Source: the human T2T-CHM13v2.0 reference genome, Homo sapiens
Direction: 5' to 3' (one strand)
Length of the DNA stretch: 64,000 nt
Assembly: GCF_009914755.1 (NCBI RefSeq)
Contig: NC_060934.1
The notes beneath the pieces are model-generated. The model saw only the letters and a list, made by a program, of their open reading frames with translations, was not told where the DNA came from and searched no databases. Below are positions 1 through 16,825 of this stretch, piece after piece. Each line of letters opens with the position of its first letter. The first letter of the stretch is position 1. The translations under genes were made by a program, and so were the position numbers.

Positions 1-243
1 CAGCCAGTTCTCTCCATTCCCTTACCATTCATTCAAAAACATCAATGTTAATTTCACATATGAATATTCTCAAGATAACACTCATCTTTATAATGTATCT
101 TCTCCTTAACTTCCTGTGCTATCTTCCATGATAGCACATGAAACACAGGTTTCAACAGGTAAGGGGTAGGCTAAGCCCCAATTTTAGAGCTCACCTGCCC
201 TGCATCATCTAGATGGCTATTCTCCACCAACCCCAGCTCATCA

Positions 244-290
244 CAAGTGGGCCAGGAATAGAAGTTATTGCAAGTGGGCCAGGAATAGAA
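244..290. repeat. Local tandem duplication (20-bp core, period 27)
   Basis: CAAGTGGGCCAGGAATAGAA at 244-263 and 271-290. Confidence 0.9.
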
Positions 291-1089
291 CTTAGGGGTG
301 GCCAACATAGTGTAATCAAGGGTCACAGCCCAATAGAGTAAAAAACTGGGAGAGAAGGACAAGATCAACTTTCTGAAAGGGGAAAGTCTTGAGCCTAAGC
401 CAGCAAGAATAGTTACCAAAGTCAATCCCTTTGAGAATAAGAATTGAGAGGTGGATTCAAAGAGTAAGGCCAAAACTGAATTAACTGAATTAAAGCTCCA
501 ACAATGCCAGAACAATTGAACAGTTACTAGAATCACCTTAATGGGGGCCTTGGAATTATCTTTATGAACCAATTGACACCTGGTGCATGACTTAAAAGCA
601 TACGCTTTAAAAGATGAATAGATCCAAACTTTAGTATGAAGTAGATCTTCCACAACTGATGACACCTGCTTCACAAACTATAAATTTTCTCTTTCCCTTT
701 TCAAAAATTAATTATACAGAGAACCACTTGCCCAATTAGAAGCAGTCCAACATATCCCTCTTGAGGTATCCTCTCTCTACCTCCTCCACCTCCACTACCT
801 ACGGACCACTTGGAAGCTTACCCAGGTTAAAGTGCTGCAGGCTCTTTCTCATGCCAAGCTGAGAGAAGGCTACAACAGCTCCCATGGCACTGGCAAGGAC
901 TCAGGAAAACGGGCATTCTCATACATGGCTAAGAAAAGTTTCACATTCTACAGCATTTTAAAAAAGTTATCTGGCAATAGCTCTTGACTTACAAAATGCA
1001 CGTACATTTCACACAACAGTCCAACTTATAGGACTCCACCTTATAAGAACTAAAAGAATTAGCCCACAAGAACATATGTACAAGAATGT

Positions 1090-2034
<945 letters not shown>

Positions 2035-2149
2035 CAGAGAGGTTTTTTTTTTTTTTACTGTAGAAACTATACAAAGTGGACAAGACACTATGAAAAAGAT
2101 TGGGCAATTTTTTTTTAAGGAAACAATTTTAAACCTGGCAAAAGAAAAA

Positions 2150-2314
2150 GCTAGGTGTAGTGGTGTGCCTATAGTTCTGGCTACTCAGGACGCTGAGATG
2201 GGAGGATTGCTTGAGCTCAGGAGGTCAGGGGTGCAGTAAACTGTGATTGCACCAGTGCATTCCAGCCTGGGGAACAGAGCAAAATTCTGTCTAAAAAAGA
2301 AAGAAAAAAGAAAA
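2150..2314 (+). mobile_element. Free right Alu monomer (FRAM/AluJ right arm)
   Basis: Right-arm-only Alu sequence with A-rich tail. Confidence 0.85.
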
Positions 2315-2741
2315 ACTTCTGGAAAATATTTAAATATTCATTAAAATTAAAACTCAGTGATGAAATAAGTGGGTTGGCTGGTTTTGTTCTACTGAGAACA
2401 GCTATAAAAGCTAGACTAAATATTTTTAACCTGTTTGAAGGCATTGGAGAACTATCAAAATAGTTAGGATTTATAGAACAAAAGACCCAAAATAAAGGAA
2501 ATCCCAGAAAGGGGACTATAACATAACTTCCTCCCTTAAAGTATTTGCCAATTTGAAAACAATAGCTGAGGAGCTGAACAATCTTTCAGTTGACTTACTG
2601 ACTTCAAGTTGACTGGGAGCCTAAAAATCGGAGTTAGGCCCACCAAGGAGGTAAGACATTTCAAATGAAACCCTGAAGGGTTATACCCTAAAAGAAAGAG
2701 TGAGCCAAAATAGACCAGCCCTTCTAAGGATTAAAGCCTAC

Positions 2742-3389
<648 letters not shown>

Positions 3390-3417
3390 ACTACCTTTAT
3401 ATCATATCAATCTCTAA

Positions 3418-3777
<360 letters not shown>

Positions 3778-4551
3778 TGAACTAAGGTTATCTGCCACTG
3801 ATCTGCTTGCCAGAAGCAAAAGTAAATTCTCTTTGGAAGGAAATTTAATCATCTAGAGACACAATTTATCTCTAAAATTTTTGTGTGTGATCTTTGGCAT
3901 TTCACCAAAGATAACCAAGCAGATAAAAGTATAAATACTGACTAAAAATCAAGACAAAAGCAAAAACAACAGAAACAAACAGGAAATTCAAATATTTTAG
4001 TTATTAGACACAAACTTTAACTCAAACTAGTGATTCCACTTCTAAATGAAAATGGTATTGTGAGGAGCTTCACAGACCTGCCCCACAGTGAAACCACCAC
4101 AGAATTTTTTATAAAATGGTGAAAATTATAAGAAAAAAACCAATCATTTAAATTATCTGGAAATGTTCTTAATGGAAATATATCAAGTAGAGATCTTTAT
4201 TCAAGAAATTCTACTAAATCATAGCAGAAATAGCAAGTCTGTGGCACTTCAGCCATGACCCACCCTCTATCCACCCTTCCCCCACAGGTCAGGGTAATGG
4301 AAGCTCCACTATGAGTGGGTGTGGCCTAGAAGACAGGCTCCCCCTTCCCTCAGCTCCCACTCAAGGGCCACAGTATATACCTACGGAAGGCTAGTGGACA
4401 ACATTTCCCATCCCCGCAGCTCCATGTTGCAAAGGCTAAATTCTGGGCAAGTACAGCCGACAAGCTGGAGGCTCCCTTCCTTCATCCAGACCCTAAATGT
4501 AAAGCAGAGGTTCGACATCAGAAACAGCAGGCTGAGAACACCAGGCTCCAG

Positions 4552-4611
4552 ATCATTCAAAGGGTCCATGCCAGGAAAGGCATCATTCAGAGGGTCCATG
4601 CCAGGAAAGGG
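4552..4611. repeat. 30-bp tandem duplication
   Basis: ATCATTCA(A/G)AGGGTCCATGCCAGGAAAGG(C/G) x2. Confidence 0.9.
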
Positions 4612-5031
4612 AAGCCAAGAAGACCAGAGGCTACCACTGCCCGGTTCAGTGCCCTACTCTTCAACCAAACTGTCACTGCAAGAGAATTGGGCTACTATCA
4701 CTGCTTCCAGCTCCAGAATAGTGGCTCAGAGATTCTGCCCAGCAGACAAGGCAGATTACAAGAATAGAGAGCTCCAAAGCACCTTCCAAAGGTACTGACT
4801 TTTTGGAAAAGAATATAGGGAAGTTCAACCTAAGGGCTCTCTCAAAAACAGTGGAAGTTTTGGTGGCAAGCAATTAAGGAAAGGTTGGCAGCTCCATGAG
4901 AGCAGCAAACTAAACTACAGTCCAGCTAATTTACCAGAAAGTGTCATGAATGGAGACCGCTAAGAGTCCTCCTGAGATCAAAGCAAACCTCAGAGATTGG
5001 CCTCAAAAACTACTCCTGCAAAGAAGTTTAA

Positions 5032-5330
5032 TTTTTTTTTTTTTTTTTGGAGGCCGAGTCTTGCTCTGTCACCCAGGCTGGAGTCCAGTGGCACCAAGTT
5101 GGCTCACTGCAACCTCTACCTCATAGGTTCAACCAATTCTCCTGTCTCAACTTCCAAGCAGCTGGGATTACAGGCCCATGCCACCATGCCCAGCTAATTT
5201 TTGTATTTTCAGTAGAGACAGGGTTTCACCATGTTGGTCGGGCTGGTCTGAAACTATTGACCTAAAGTGATCCACCTGCCTTGGCCTCCCAAAGTGTTGG
5301 GATTACAGGCATGAGCTACCACGCCTGGCC
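5032..5330 (-). mobile_element. AluS
   Basis: Poly-T followed by reverse Alu ending GCCTGGCC. Confidence 0.95.
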
Positions 5331-5519
5331 AAGGAGTTTAAATTTAATTGAATAAAACTGTGGAGCAATTTATGCCCTAGGACATTGTCAAAAACTAAAT
5401 AGAGGAATTAGCTAACAGTGGAGCCCAACATCTGGGTGTGATACCAACAGAGGCAAACAGCATAACAAAGAAATGAGGAAAAGAGACAGAGATAGCCCTG
5501 CTAAAACTACTTATTCCAG

Positions 5520-5821
5520 GGCCGGGTGCAGTGGCTCACCCCTGTAATCCCAGCACTTTGGGAGGCTGAGGTGGGTGGATCACGAGGTCAGGAGATCGAG
5601 ACCATCCTGGCTAACATGGTGAAACCCCATCTCTACTAAAAATACAAAAAAAATTAGCTGGGCGTGGTGGTGGGCACCTGTAGTCCCAGCTACTCGGGAG
5701 GCTGAGGCAGGAGAATGGTGTGAACCCGGGAGGCAGAGCTTGCAGTGAGCGAGATCGTGCAACTGCACTCCAGCCTGGGCAACTGAGCAAGACTCTGTCT
5801 CAAAAAAAAAAAAAAAAAAAA
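5520..5821 (+). mobile_element. AluY
   Basis: Y diagnostics (GAGATCGAGACCATCCTGGCTAAC, GAGCTTGCAG); TSD AAAACTACTTATTCCA. Confidence 0.92.
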
Positions 5822-6659
5822 CTACTTATTCCAAGGTGACCATGAGCATGGCTAAGCCTGCACCCTCTGAGGAGAGACACCAAAGGCTTCAGCTGTGGGA
5901 AAACAGACTTTACTAAAATAGTCCAGCTAAATGAGTAACAAATAATAAGAAAAATACAACAACAAACTCAAGAAGAAGGATCTGTATGCAGAATTACTGC
6001 AAAATAAAATATAAAATGCCCAGCTTTTAACAAGAAATTATGAGACAGGCAAAGAAACTGGAAGTTGTGACCCATACCTGAGGGGAAAAATCAAGCAACA
6101 GAAACTGCCTGTGGGAGGGCCCCGAGGCTACACTTAACACACAAAGACTGAAATGCAGCCATTATAAATATGTTTAGAGAACTAAAGAAAGCACGCTAAA
6201 GAAGTAAAGTATGATGACAATGTCTCATCAAAAGAGAATACCAATGAAGAGATACAAAGTACAAAAAAGAACGAAAGGGAAATTTTTGAGTTGAAAAGTA
6301 CAATCACTGAAATTTAAAATTCACAGAAAAGGCATAACAGTAGATTTAACCTAGCAGAATAAAGAATCAGAGAACATTAAGTAGATGAATAGAGCTTGTG
6401 CAATCTCAAGAACAGAGAAAACTTATGAAGAAAAATGAACAAAGCCTCAAAGAATTTGGGACTCCTTTAATTGCATCAACATATGATAAATAAGAGTACC
6501 AAGAGAAGAGAGAGAAAATGGTATAAAAAAATTCTTTAAAAAATGGCAAAAACTTCCCAAATTTGATGAAAGCCAGTATTACTCTATATTTCCAAGAAGT
6601 TCAAAGAACTCCAAATAGAATAAATGCAGAGATCCACACCCAGACATCTCATAGCACAA

Positions 6660-7230
6660 TTGGCTACCATAAAATAAACTGCTATGGAAACTTGTATACA
6701 AATTTTTATGTGGATTCTATTTCATTTCTCTTAGGTATACCTAGTAGTGGAGTTACTAGGTATATGGTAACTTTATGTTTATCCTCTTGAGAAATTATCA
6801 GATTGTTTTCTAAAGTGGTTGTACCACTTTACATTCCAATCAGCAGTGTGTGAAAGTTCCAATTTTTCCTTATCTCATGAGCTCTTGTATTAATAATTGT
6901 CCATCTTTTAAATTACAGCCATTCTAGTGGTATGAAACAGAGTTTCATTGTGGTTTTCATTTGCATTTCCCTGATGGCTAATGATGTTGAGCATCTTGTC
7001 ATGCACTTACTGGCATTTGTATGTGTTTTTTGAAAAAATGTGTATTGAGATCCTTTGACCTCCTTTTAATTGTTTACGTGTCTTTTTTTAAATCATTGAG
7101 TTGTAAGAGTTCTTCATATATTCTAGATAAAAGTCTCTGATTAGACATACAATTTTCAAATATTTTCTTTCACTCGCTGGTTTGTCTTTTTCACTTTCTT
7201 GATGGTATCCTTTGAAGCATAAAAGTATTT
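6660..7230 (-). mobile_element. L1MB-like ORF2 C-terminal fragment, inverted copy of 7770-8920
   Basis: Reverse complement aligns to 7770-7821 plus 8401-8920. Confidence 0.9.
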
Positions 7231-7820
7231 AAATTTACAAAAAAGACAGCAAATTCAAATTCATATGCAAATTCAAAGAATCTAGAATAGCCAAAATTAT
7301 CTTTAAAAAGAAAAACAAAGTTGGAAGACTCACACTTCCCAATTTCAAAACTTGCTACAGTAATTAAGATACTTTGGTACTAGCACAAGGATATGCCTAT
7401 AGATCAGTGGAATAGAATTGAGAGTCCAAAAATAAAACCTCATGCCAATTGATTTTAGACAAGGGTGCAAAGATAGTTCAAGGGGGAAAGAATGGTCTTC
7501 AAAAACAGGTGCTCCAACAACTGCATATCCACATGCAAAAGAATAAATGTGGACTCCTCTCACATAAAACATACATACAAAAAACATGCAAAATGGACCA
7601 TAAAACAAAATGTGAGAACTAAAGCTATAAAATCTTATTAGAAAATATAGGGAAAAGTATTCATGACCTTCATTTAGGCAAAGCCTTCTTAGGTATAACA
7701 TTAAAAGCACAAGCAACAAAAGAAGAATGAATTGAATTTTATCACAATCTAAAACTTTCATCCTTCAAAGGATACCAAACTTCGTGCTTCAAAAGATACC
7801 ATCAAGAAAGTGAAAAAGAC

Positions 7821-8460
<640 letters not shown>

Positions 8461-11400
8461 TTATCTAGTATATATGAAGAACTCTTACAACTCAATGATT
8501 AAAAAAAGACATATAAACCAAATAGAAGGTAGTGAAAGGATCTCAAAACACATTTTTCCAAAAAAGGCATACAAATGCCAGTAAGCGCATGACAAGATGC
8601 CCAACATCATTAGCCATCAGGGAAATGCAAATCAAAGCCACAATGATACTCTGTTTCATACCACTAGAATGGCTCTAATTTAAAAGATCGATAATTACAA
8701 GGGTTGGCATGATGAGGAGAAACTGGAACCTTCATAGCCTGCTGATTGGAATGTAAAGTAGTGCCACCAGTTTAGAAAACAGTCTGATAGTTTCTCAAGA
8801 GGATATAGTTACCATATACCTAGTAATTCCACTCCCAGGTATATACCCAAGAGAGATGAAATATACATTCCCACAAAAATGTGTACACAAATGTTCATAG
8901 CAGCATTATTTATAAGAGCCCAAAAGTGAGGGGGCAGGGGGACAAATGCCCATCAACTGATGAATGGATAAATAAAATGTGGTATATGTTTACAATGGAA
9001 TATTATTCAGCCAAGTAAAGGAATGTAGTGCTGATACATGCCACAACATGGATGAGTTTTTAAAACATTATGCTAAGTGAAAGAAGCCAGACACAGAAGG
9101 CCACATATTGTGTGATTCCATTTACATGAAATGTCCTCATTAGGCAAATCCATAGAGACAGAAGCAGATTAGTGGTGGCCAGGGGCTGGGGGGGCAATAG
9201 GGAGTATGGGTTTTCTCTTTGGGATGATAGAAATGCTCTGGATTTAAATAGTTGTAATGATTGCACAAATTTGTGAATATACTAATAACCACAGAATTAT
9301 ACACTTTTAAATGGTTAACATGGTGAATTTTGCTATGTGAATTTTATCTCTATTTAAAAAAAAACTGTGGACAATATTTATCTCAAAATCAGGTGACAAG
9401 GTGAGTGCACACATTGCCAAAACTCACTCAACATAACACTTAAGATTTGTACATTTTGTTGTTTGTAGATTATACCTCAATTGGAAAAAAATGTTGGGTG
9501 TTAAGCTAGCCCCACAACATCAACATACACTTGGGGACAAAACCTTAGTAGCCACAAGACCTGCACTAGCATTGGTGCAGAGGAGAGCAGAGAAAAACAA
9601 TGGGACACATAATAAACCTGAAAACAGGAGACCCCCAAAATATCCAGTAGGCATTGGTTGGAAAGTATATGGGTCAGTTTTAATTTAGCACCTGAAAGAG
9701 AGTGCTTTACACAATCCAATGGCTAGTGAGTGCAAGGGGTCCCCAGTAAGATATGAAGGACCAGAGGCAGTCAACTCTCCGTGAATTCTCAAAATTGACC
9801 TGCCTCCCTCTAAGGACAGGGCCCCACCTTGCAGGACAATGGAGGTGAAGAAAAGAGAAGATCCACATGAAAATAGAGGAGATGAACAGAGCCACAAAAT
9901 CTCAGCAAGGACATCACTATATTTTTTAACACTTCACAAAACACTCCTTGAAGAGGGAGCTCTAGCAAGTTAGCAAAGCCACTCTGCATCATAGCTTCTT
10001 CCAAAAGTTTAGGAAATTAATTTTGCATGAAATCGAATAACAGAAAAGCATGCACATCAAAGTCCATATAAAGTTATTATAAGAAAAAAGATCACGAACA
10101 AAATAACATTCCTACAGATCATGAAAATATGCCACTAAAATAGGTCCCAGAACTGATCAAAATGTAATCTTCCATTTCAAAATGAGCTAAGTGGCATTTT
10201 TAAATGATATAACACATGCAATAACATAAGTAAGAACTAGAGCAACTCAGAAATGCAGCGACAGCTCATCATTAAAAACCACATACTGGTGACAGGTGTT
10301 TCGACAACTGTTCGGCTGAGTCTGCTGCAAAGCCGTGTGGTCCGTAAGGCCGCTGGGAGTTTTTCTTTGTTCTCCTGTTCTTTGTTCCCAACAGCAGACC
10401 CAGGTTGTTGGACAGAGGGACCTGAGCTGAGCAGCAGGTATTATCTCACTCACCTTTACAGACAGCAGCAGCAGGGTCCAAGGTGAGGGTGGGTTGCAGG
10501 GCTGACTGTAGTTCCAAAGCAAGCTGGGTTCTTCTGAAAAATGACAGCGTCTTAAGTCTACAGAGCTGCCTCTAGCAAAAGGTTTGTGTGAGTCCGTGTA
10601 TGCTGAGCTTTTTGTTGTTTTTTTAGATAAGAAACAGAAGAAAATCATCCCAGATTCTGTCATTCCCTGGAAAGAGAAGGGGAATTCCAAGTTTCTCAGA
10701 GGCTCTTTGGGGTCACTAGCCAACCACCCACATGTAGGAGTTAACACCTACCATCACTGGAGGTTTCAAAGACCTGGCTTGGAGAACATGCAGGGAGGAG
10801 GGCCGGGATGTGCCCATGCAGAGTCCCCTTGGTGTCACCATGGGCGCGTCACAGCCAGTCAGGCTCTGGATTCTACACCGTGTGTAGCATAGAGAAGTAA
10901 CTTCTTGTTGTCATTCATTACTACCTTAAAGAACTGGAGGAATCATCTCCTAGGAAACAGTGCCATGTTTGTGCCCAGCAAACAGTGCCCAGGTGCCATC
11001 TGGGAAGGGGCAGTTTTATTGAAAGATGTCTTACTGCTTATTCTAGAGTTTTTAGCAACTCCCCTTCTTGCCTCCACCCCCCAGACCTTACTTTTTACCA
11101 GCTTGTCTTTTTTTCTTCTTCTTTATCCCAAAGGTTTTAACCTCCAGTCCCTTCTTGATGCCCACTTGATGGAATTCTCCAGCACCATCTGCCCTTGTTC
11201 ACTCATCTGCTTTTCCTTCTCTTCTCCCTGCAAGCACCTGATTACCATCCTATGATGACTTCTCTCCACTCCCACCCTGCCCCCATGGTCCAGTTATCCC
11301 TGGATGAGTGTGGATCTGCTAAAGCCACACACATTCATCTCTGCCTGTACACTTTAGACATACAGTCAGACCCCCACTCACACTTAATTTGGGTGCACAT

Positions 11401-12346
11401 TATCTGTCAATAGACGAAAAAGAGTTTTCTCATTTTGAAATTTAACAGAACAGTCAGGGATACTATTACAAAGTCAAGGTGTACCCTTTGGGTGAACCTG
11501 CTGTCAGAATGACAGTACTTCCTATTTGAGAAAAGAGAAAAACAAAAAGATAAAAAAAATTGAAGTGACGCAATTCAGCAAAGAATTCAAATTTTAAAAT
11601 ACATTATTCAAGAATAAATATTATACTATAAGGAACACAAGAGCAAGTAATCACAATGTATAATGCCTTAAGAGAAAATTAGAAAAGCCTTTGAAATAAA
11701 AAGAAGCTTGCCCCATCTAGCACATAAGGACCTTAGGAGTCATCACTCTGTCCTAACAAGTTAAAACTTGACAAAACAAAAATCAGTACCTCTTCTTAGA
11801 TTTGTTAGAAAATTAAATTTGCAGAGCAAACCAGTAGTCCTAGACAGGAGGATACAGAGAATCAACTTACAGGAGCAGAAACTCATAAAAAGAAATCTGT
11901 GCAGGAACAAATACCAGGCTAGAAAAACCTGAACTGTAGTTGATGAATTGCTGGAGGCTCCGTGTGGACAAGTCTGGGAGTTAAAGCTCCAGGAGGGCCC
12001 ACTTGCAAGGGGGATGCCTACACTTTACCTCCAGGAGTTCCTCCGAGTTCTCACAGTGAACATCAGAGAAAAATCTCCTTGGGCTTCCAGCAGGAAGAGG
12101 GAAAAGTAATGGTAAGAGGGAGAGGAATAGTAAAGTAAAGGTGTAATTTTGAAATACTCCAGAACATTCTGTTCTTCTTAACAAGGCCTGTCCTCAAGAG
12201 AAACTATTTTACCAAAGCCTAACCCTACTAGGATTTTATCAGATCCTAACAAACCTGAGGGAAGGCAAATACCCAAATCCAGGCCCCTGTAGCCATCCTG
12301 TCCCACCTAAAGGGGTTAAAAAAAAAAAAAAAAAAACCTGAGACTT

Positions 12347-12664
<318 letters not shown>

Positions 12665-14574
12665 CTATACAACACTGCCCCTCCCCAACACCTTACCACC
12701 ACATCACTGAAGGCCTATTTACCTCAGTTCCTTTTACCCAACACATTACGTCTGACTTTCAACAAAAAATTACAAGGCATACTAAAAGAATACGTACACA
12801 GTTTGAAGAAACAAAATAAACACCAGAATCAAACCCCCCAGGAGTGTCAAGAATGTTGGAATTATCGGACCATTAATTAAAATAGCTATGATTAATATGT
12901 TAAAGGAACTAATGGCAAAAGTAGACAACATGCAAGAACAGATGCGTAATGTAAGCAGAGATATAGAACTTCTGAGAAACAGCAAAAAAGAAATGCTAGC
13001 AATCAAAAACAGAAATAAAGAGTGCCTTTGATGGGTTCATTAGTAGACTGGAAAAGAAATTCTCTGCACCTGAGAATATATCAATAGAAACTTTCGAAAC
13101 TGAAAAGCAAAGAGATAAAAGACTGGGAGAAAAATGGAACAGAGTTTACAAGAACTGTGGGACAACTACAAAAGGTATAACATGCAGAATAGGAATTCCA
13201 GAAGGAGAAGAAAATGAGAAAGGAACAGAAAAAATATTTAAACAATAATTATTGAGGATTTCCCTCAAATTAATTTCAGACACCAAACCACAAATCCAGG
13301 AAGTTCAGAAAACACCAAGCAGAATAAAAGCCTCCAAAAATGACATGTAGGTATATTATATTCAAACTACAGGAAGAAGTTGGGAGGGTTGCAGGGAGAA
13401 CACTTTATCTATAAAGAAGCAAAGATAAGAATTGTATTCAACTTTGCAAAACAATGCAGCCAAAAAGAGAGTAGAGTAGTAGAGTGAAATATTTAAAGAG
13501 TTGAGGAAATGAAAGCCAACAGCCTAGAATTCTGTATTCTACAAAATTATCTTTAAAAAGTGAAGGAGAAATACTTTCTCAGACAAATAAAATTGAAGGA
13601 ATTTGTTAGCAGTAGAGCCGCCTTGTGAGAAATGTTAAAAGAAGTTCTTCAAAGAAAAGAAAAATGATGTAGGTGAGAAACTCAGATGTTTCTCACAGAA
13701 AGGAAGAGCATTAGAGAATAGATAAATGTGAAGATAAAATTAAAAACTTTTTTATTAATTTATTTAATATGTAACAGTTTGTTCAATATAGTAATAGTAA
13801 CAATGCATTTGATGATTATAGCTTATGTATAAGTGAAATGAATGACAGCAATAATACAGGAGGAGAAAATAAGAATACTCAGTTATTATAAAATACTTGC
13901 AGTATCCATGAAATGGTATAGAGTTATTTAAAAGTGAACTTGGCTTGGTTGTAAATGTATATGACAAAGTCTAGGGCAACCACTGAAAAAGTTTTAAAAA
14001 AAGTATAATTGATATGCTGAGAAAGAAAAATATGGAATCATATAAAATGCTCTCTTAAAACCACAAAAGGCAGGAACAGTGTGGAAAACAAAAATAAGGA
14101 CAAAGAACAAAGGCAACAAATAGCACACAGTAACAAATATGGTAGATATGAGCCCAACTATATCAATAATCACATTAAATTTTAATGGTCTAAATACAGC
14201 AATTAAAAGACAAAGATTGTCAGAGTGGATCAAAAAACAAGACACTAATATATGTTGTCTAGAAGAAACCTGCTTTAAATGTAAAGATACATATCAATTA
14301 AAAGTAAAGGCATATAAGGGTTTGGCGATGATTTCTTCGATATGACACCCACAGCACATTCAACAAAGGCAAAAATAGATAAATGGTGCTACATCCAGCT
14401 TGAAAACATCATATTTCAAAGGACACAATCTAGAGAATGGGAGAAAATATCTGCAAATTATATATGGATAAGAGGTTGATACCTGCAATGTATAAAGAGC
14501 TACTACTCAACAACAACAACAAAAAGAACTGATCTTAAAACAGTCAAATGATGTGAATAGACATTGCTCCAAAA

Positions 14575-14675
14575 ATGATATTCAAATGTCCAAGAAGCAT
14601 ATAAAAAAGATCATATTTTTATATGATATTCAAATGTTCATCTTTTTATATGCTTCTTGGACATTTGAATATCAT
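14575..14675. repeat. Near-perfect inverted repeat (hairpin), 36/37-nt arms
   Basis: ATGATATTCAAATGTCCAAGAAGCATATAAAAA(A)GAT and its reverse complement at 14640-14675. Confidence 0.95.
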
Positions 14676-15110
14676 CTTTGTAAATTATTACAGTAATGAA
14701 AATCACAGCCACAATGAGATACCACCTCATATTCATTAGGATGCCTACTTTTAAAAAAGAAACAGAAAATAATCCATGTTCATGAGGATGTGGAAAAACA
14801 AGAACCCTGTGCACTGTTGGTGGGAATGTAAATGGTACAGCCACTATTGAAAACAGTGTGATGGGTCCTCAAAAAATTAGAAATAGAATTACCATATGAT
14901 CCACTTCTGGGATTGCCCAAATCCAAAAGAATTAAAAGCAAGATTCTGAAGAGATATTTATGCATCCATGTTCATAGCAGCATTATTTATAGCAGCCAAG
15001 AGGTGGAAGCAATTAAAATGTCCATCAATGGGTGAATGGATAAATAAATAAACTGTAAACTTAAAAGTGGTTAAGGTGGTAAATTTTATGTTGTGTGGAT
15101 AATTTAATAC

Positions 15111-15237
15111 ATTTATTTATTTATTTACTTATTTATTTAAAGACAGGGTCTCACTATGTTGCCCAGGCTGGTCTCAAACTCCCGAGCTCAAGCTTCCAAG
15201 TAGCTGAGATTATAGGTACACACCACCATGCTGGGCA
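15111..15237 (-). mobile_element. Alu monomer fragment (FLAM/AluJ-like)
   Basis: (TTTA)n tail then AGACAGGGTCTCACTATGTTGCCCAGGCTGG. Confidence 0.8.
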
Positions 15238-15790
15238 GTGTGTATTCTTTATCAAAGTTAAAAACATTTTTTAAAGTAAAGGAATGGAGAGAGATATACA
15301 ATGCTAACATTAAAAAAGAAAGCTGAAGTAGTTATATTTTCAGACAGAGGAGACTTCAGAGCAAGAAAAATGGTCAGGGATAAAGAGGGGCATTACATAA
15401 TGATAAAGGGGTCAATTCTCCAAGAATACATAACAATTCTTAATGCATGAGAGCCTAACTACACCATATCAAAGTACATAAAACAAAAACTGATAGAACT
15501 GCAAGAAGAAATAGATGGATCCACTATTACAGTTAGAGAATTTAACACTCCTCTACCAGTAATGAACAGATCCAGCAGGCAGAAAATCATAAGGACATAG
15601 TTGAACTCAACAACACCATTGATAAACTGGATATAATTGACATCTATAGAATACTTTATCCAACAATACCAGAATATGCACTATTCTCAAGCTTACATGG
15701 AACATTCCCTTAGACCCACATTCTGAACCATAAAATATACCTTAACAAATTTAAAGGAATAAAAATCATACAGTGTATACTCCCAATTAA

Positions 15791-16144
<354 letters not shown>

Positions 16145-16461
16145 AAACAACACATTTCTAAATAATACATGGGTCAAAAAAGAAATGTCAAGAGAAATTT
16201 AAAAATATTTTGAACTAAATGAAAATACAAACTTATCAAAATTTGTGTGATGCAGCAAAAGTAGTGTATAAACAGAAATGTATAGCATTTGATGCATATA
16301 TTAGAAAAAAGAGATATCTAAAATCAATAATCTGAGCTTACATCTTAGGAAACTAGAAAAAGAAGAGCAAATTAAATCCATTATAGGCAGAAGAAAAGAA
16401 ATAATAAAAATTACAGTAAAAATAAATGAAATTGAAAATAAGAAATCAATAGAGAAAAATC

Positions 16462-16623
16462 AATAAAACCTGGTTCTCTGAAATGGCCTATAAAATTGAT
16501 AAACCTCTAACTAAGAAAAATAGAGATAAGACATAAATTACTAATAAAAGCTAGTTCTCTGAAATGGTCAATAAAATTAATAAACCTCTAAGAAAAATAG
16601 AGATAAGACATAAATTACTAATA
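16462..16623. repeat. ~81-bp tandem duplication within L1 ORF2
   Basis: ..GTTCTCTGAAATGG..ATAAAATT.ATAAACCTCTAA..GAAAAATAGAGATAAGACATAAATTACTAAT x2. Confidence 0.9.
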
Positions 16624-16825
16624 TCAGAAATGAAGGATGGGACATCACTACAGAGCCCATGGACATTAAAAGATAATAAAGGAATACTATGAAAAAAAAT
16701 CTGTGCCTACAAATGCTAACCTAGATGAAATAGACCAATAATTCCCTGAAAGACATAATCTGCCAAAACTCACACGAAAAGAAATAGACAATTTGAATAG
16801 GGCTGTATCTATTAAAGAAATTGAA

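Larger units (their letters stand above)
14311..15270 (+). mobile_element. Truncated L1MA/MB 3' fragment nested in L1MD ORF2
   Basis: Jump in L1 coordinate; TSD AAAGTAAAGG at ~14301-14310 and ~15273-15282. Confidence 0.75.

Noticed and set aside
244-290. Short direct repeats (also 4552, 23282, 47637, 62824) as CRISPR-like arrays
   Set aside because: Only two copies each, no unique spacers, no cas genes; eukaryotic slippage duplications.
171-674. 167-aa minus-strand ORF
   Set aside because: Non-ATG start, no recognisable domain, and it includes a local DNA duplication; probably a chance ORF.
4319-4798. 159-aa ORF with repeated SFxGSMPGK
   Set aside because: GTG start inside an old L1 5'UTR relic; the repeat is a 30-bp DNA duplication.
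6660-7236. Classical twin-priming L1 5' inversion
   Set aside because: The inverted segment duplicates sequence also present downstream in the sense copy instead of being the missing upstream part.
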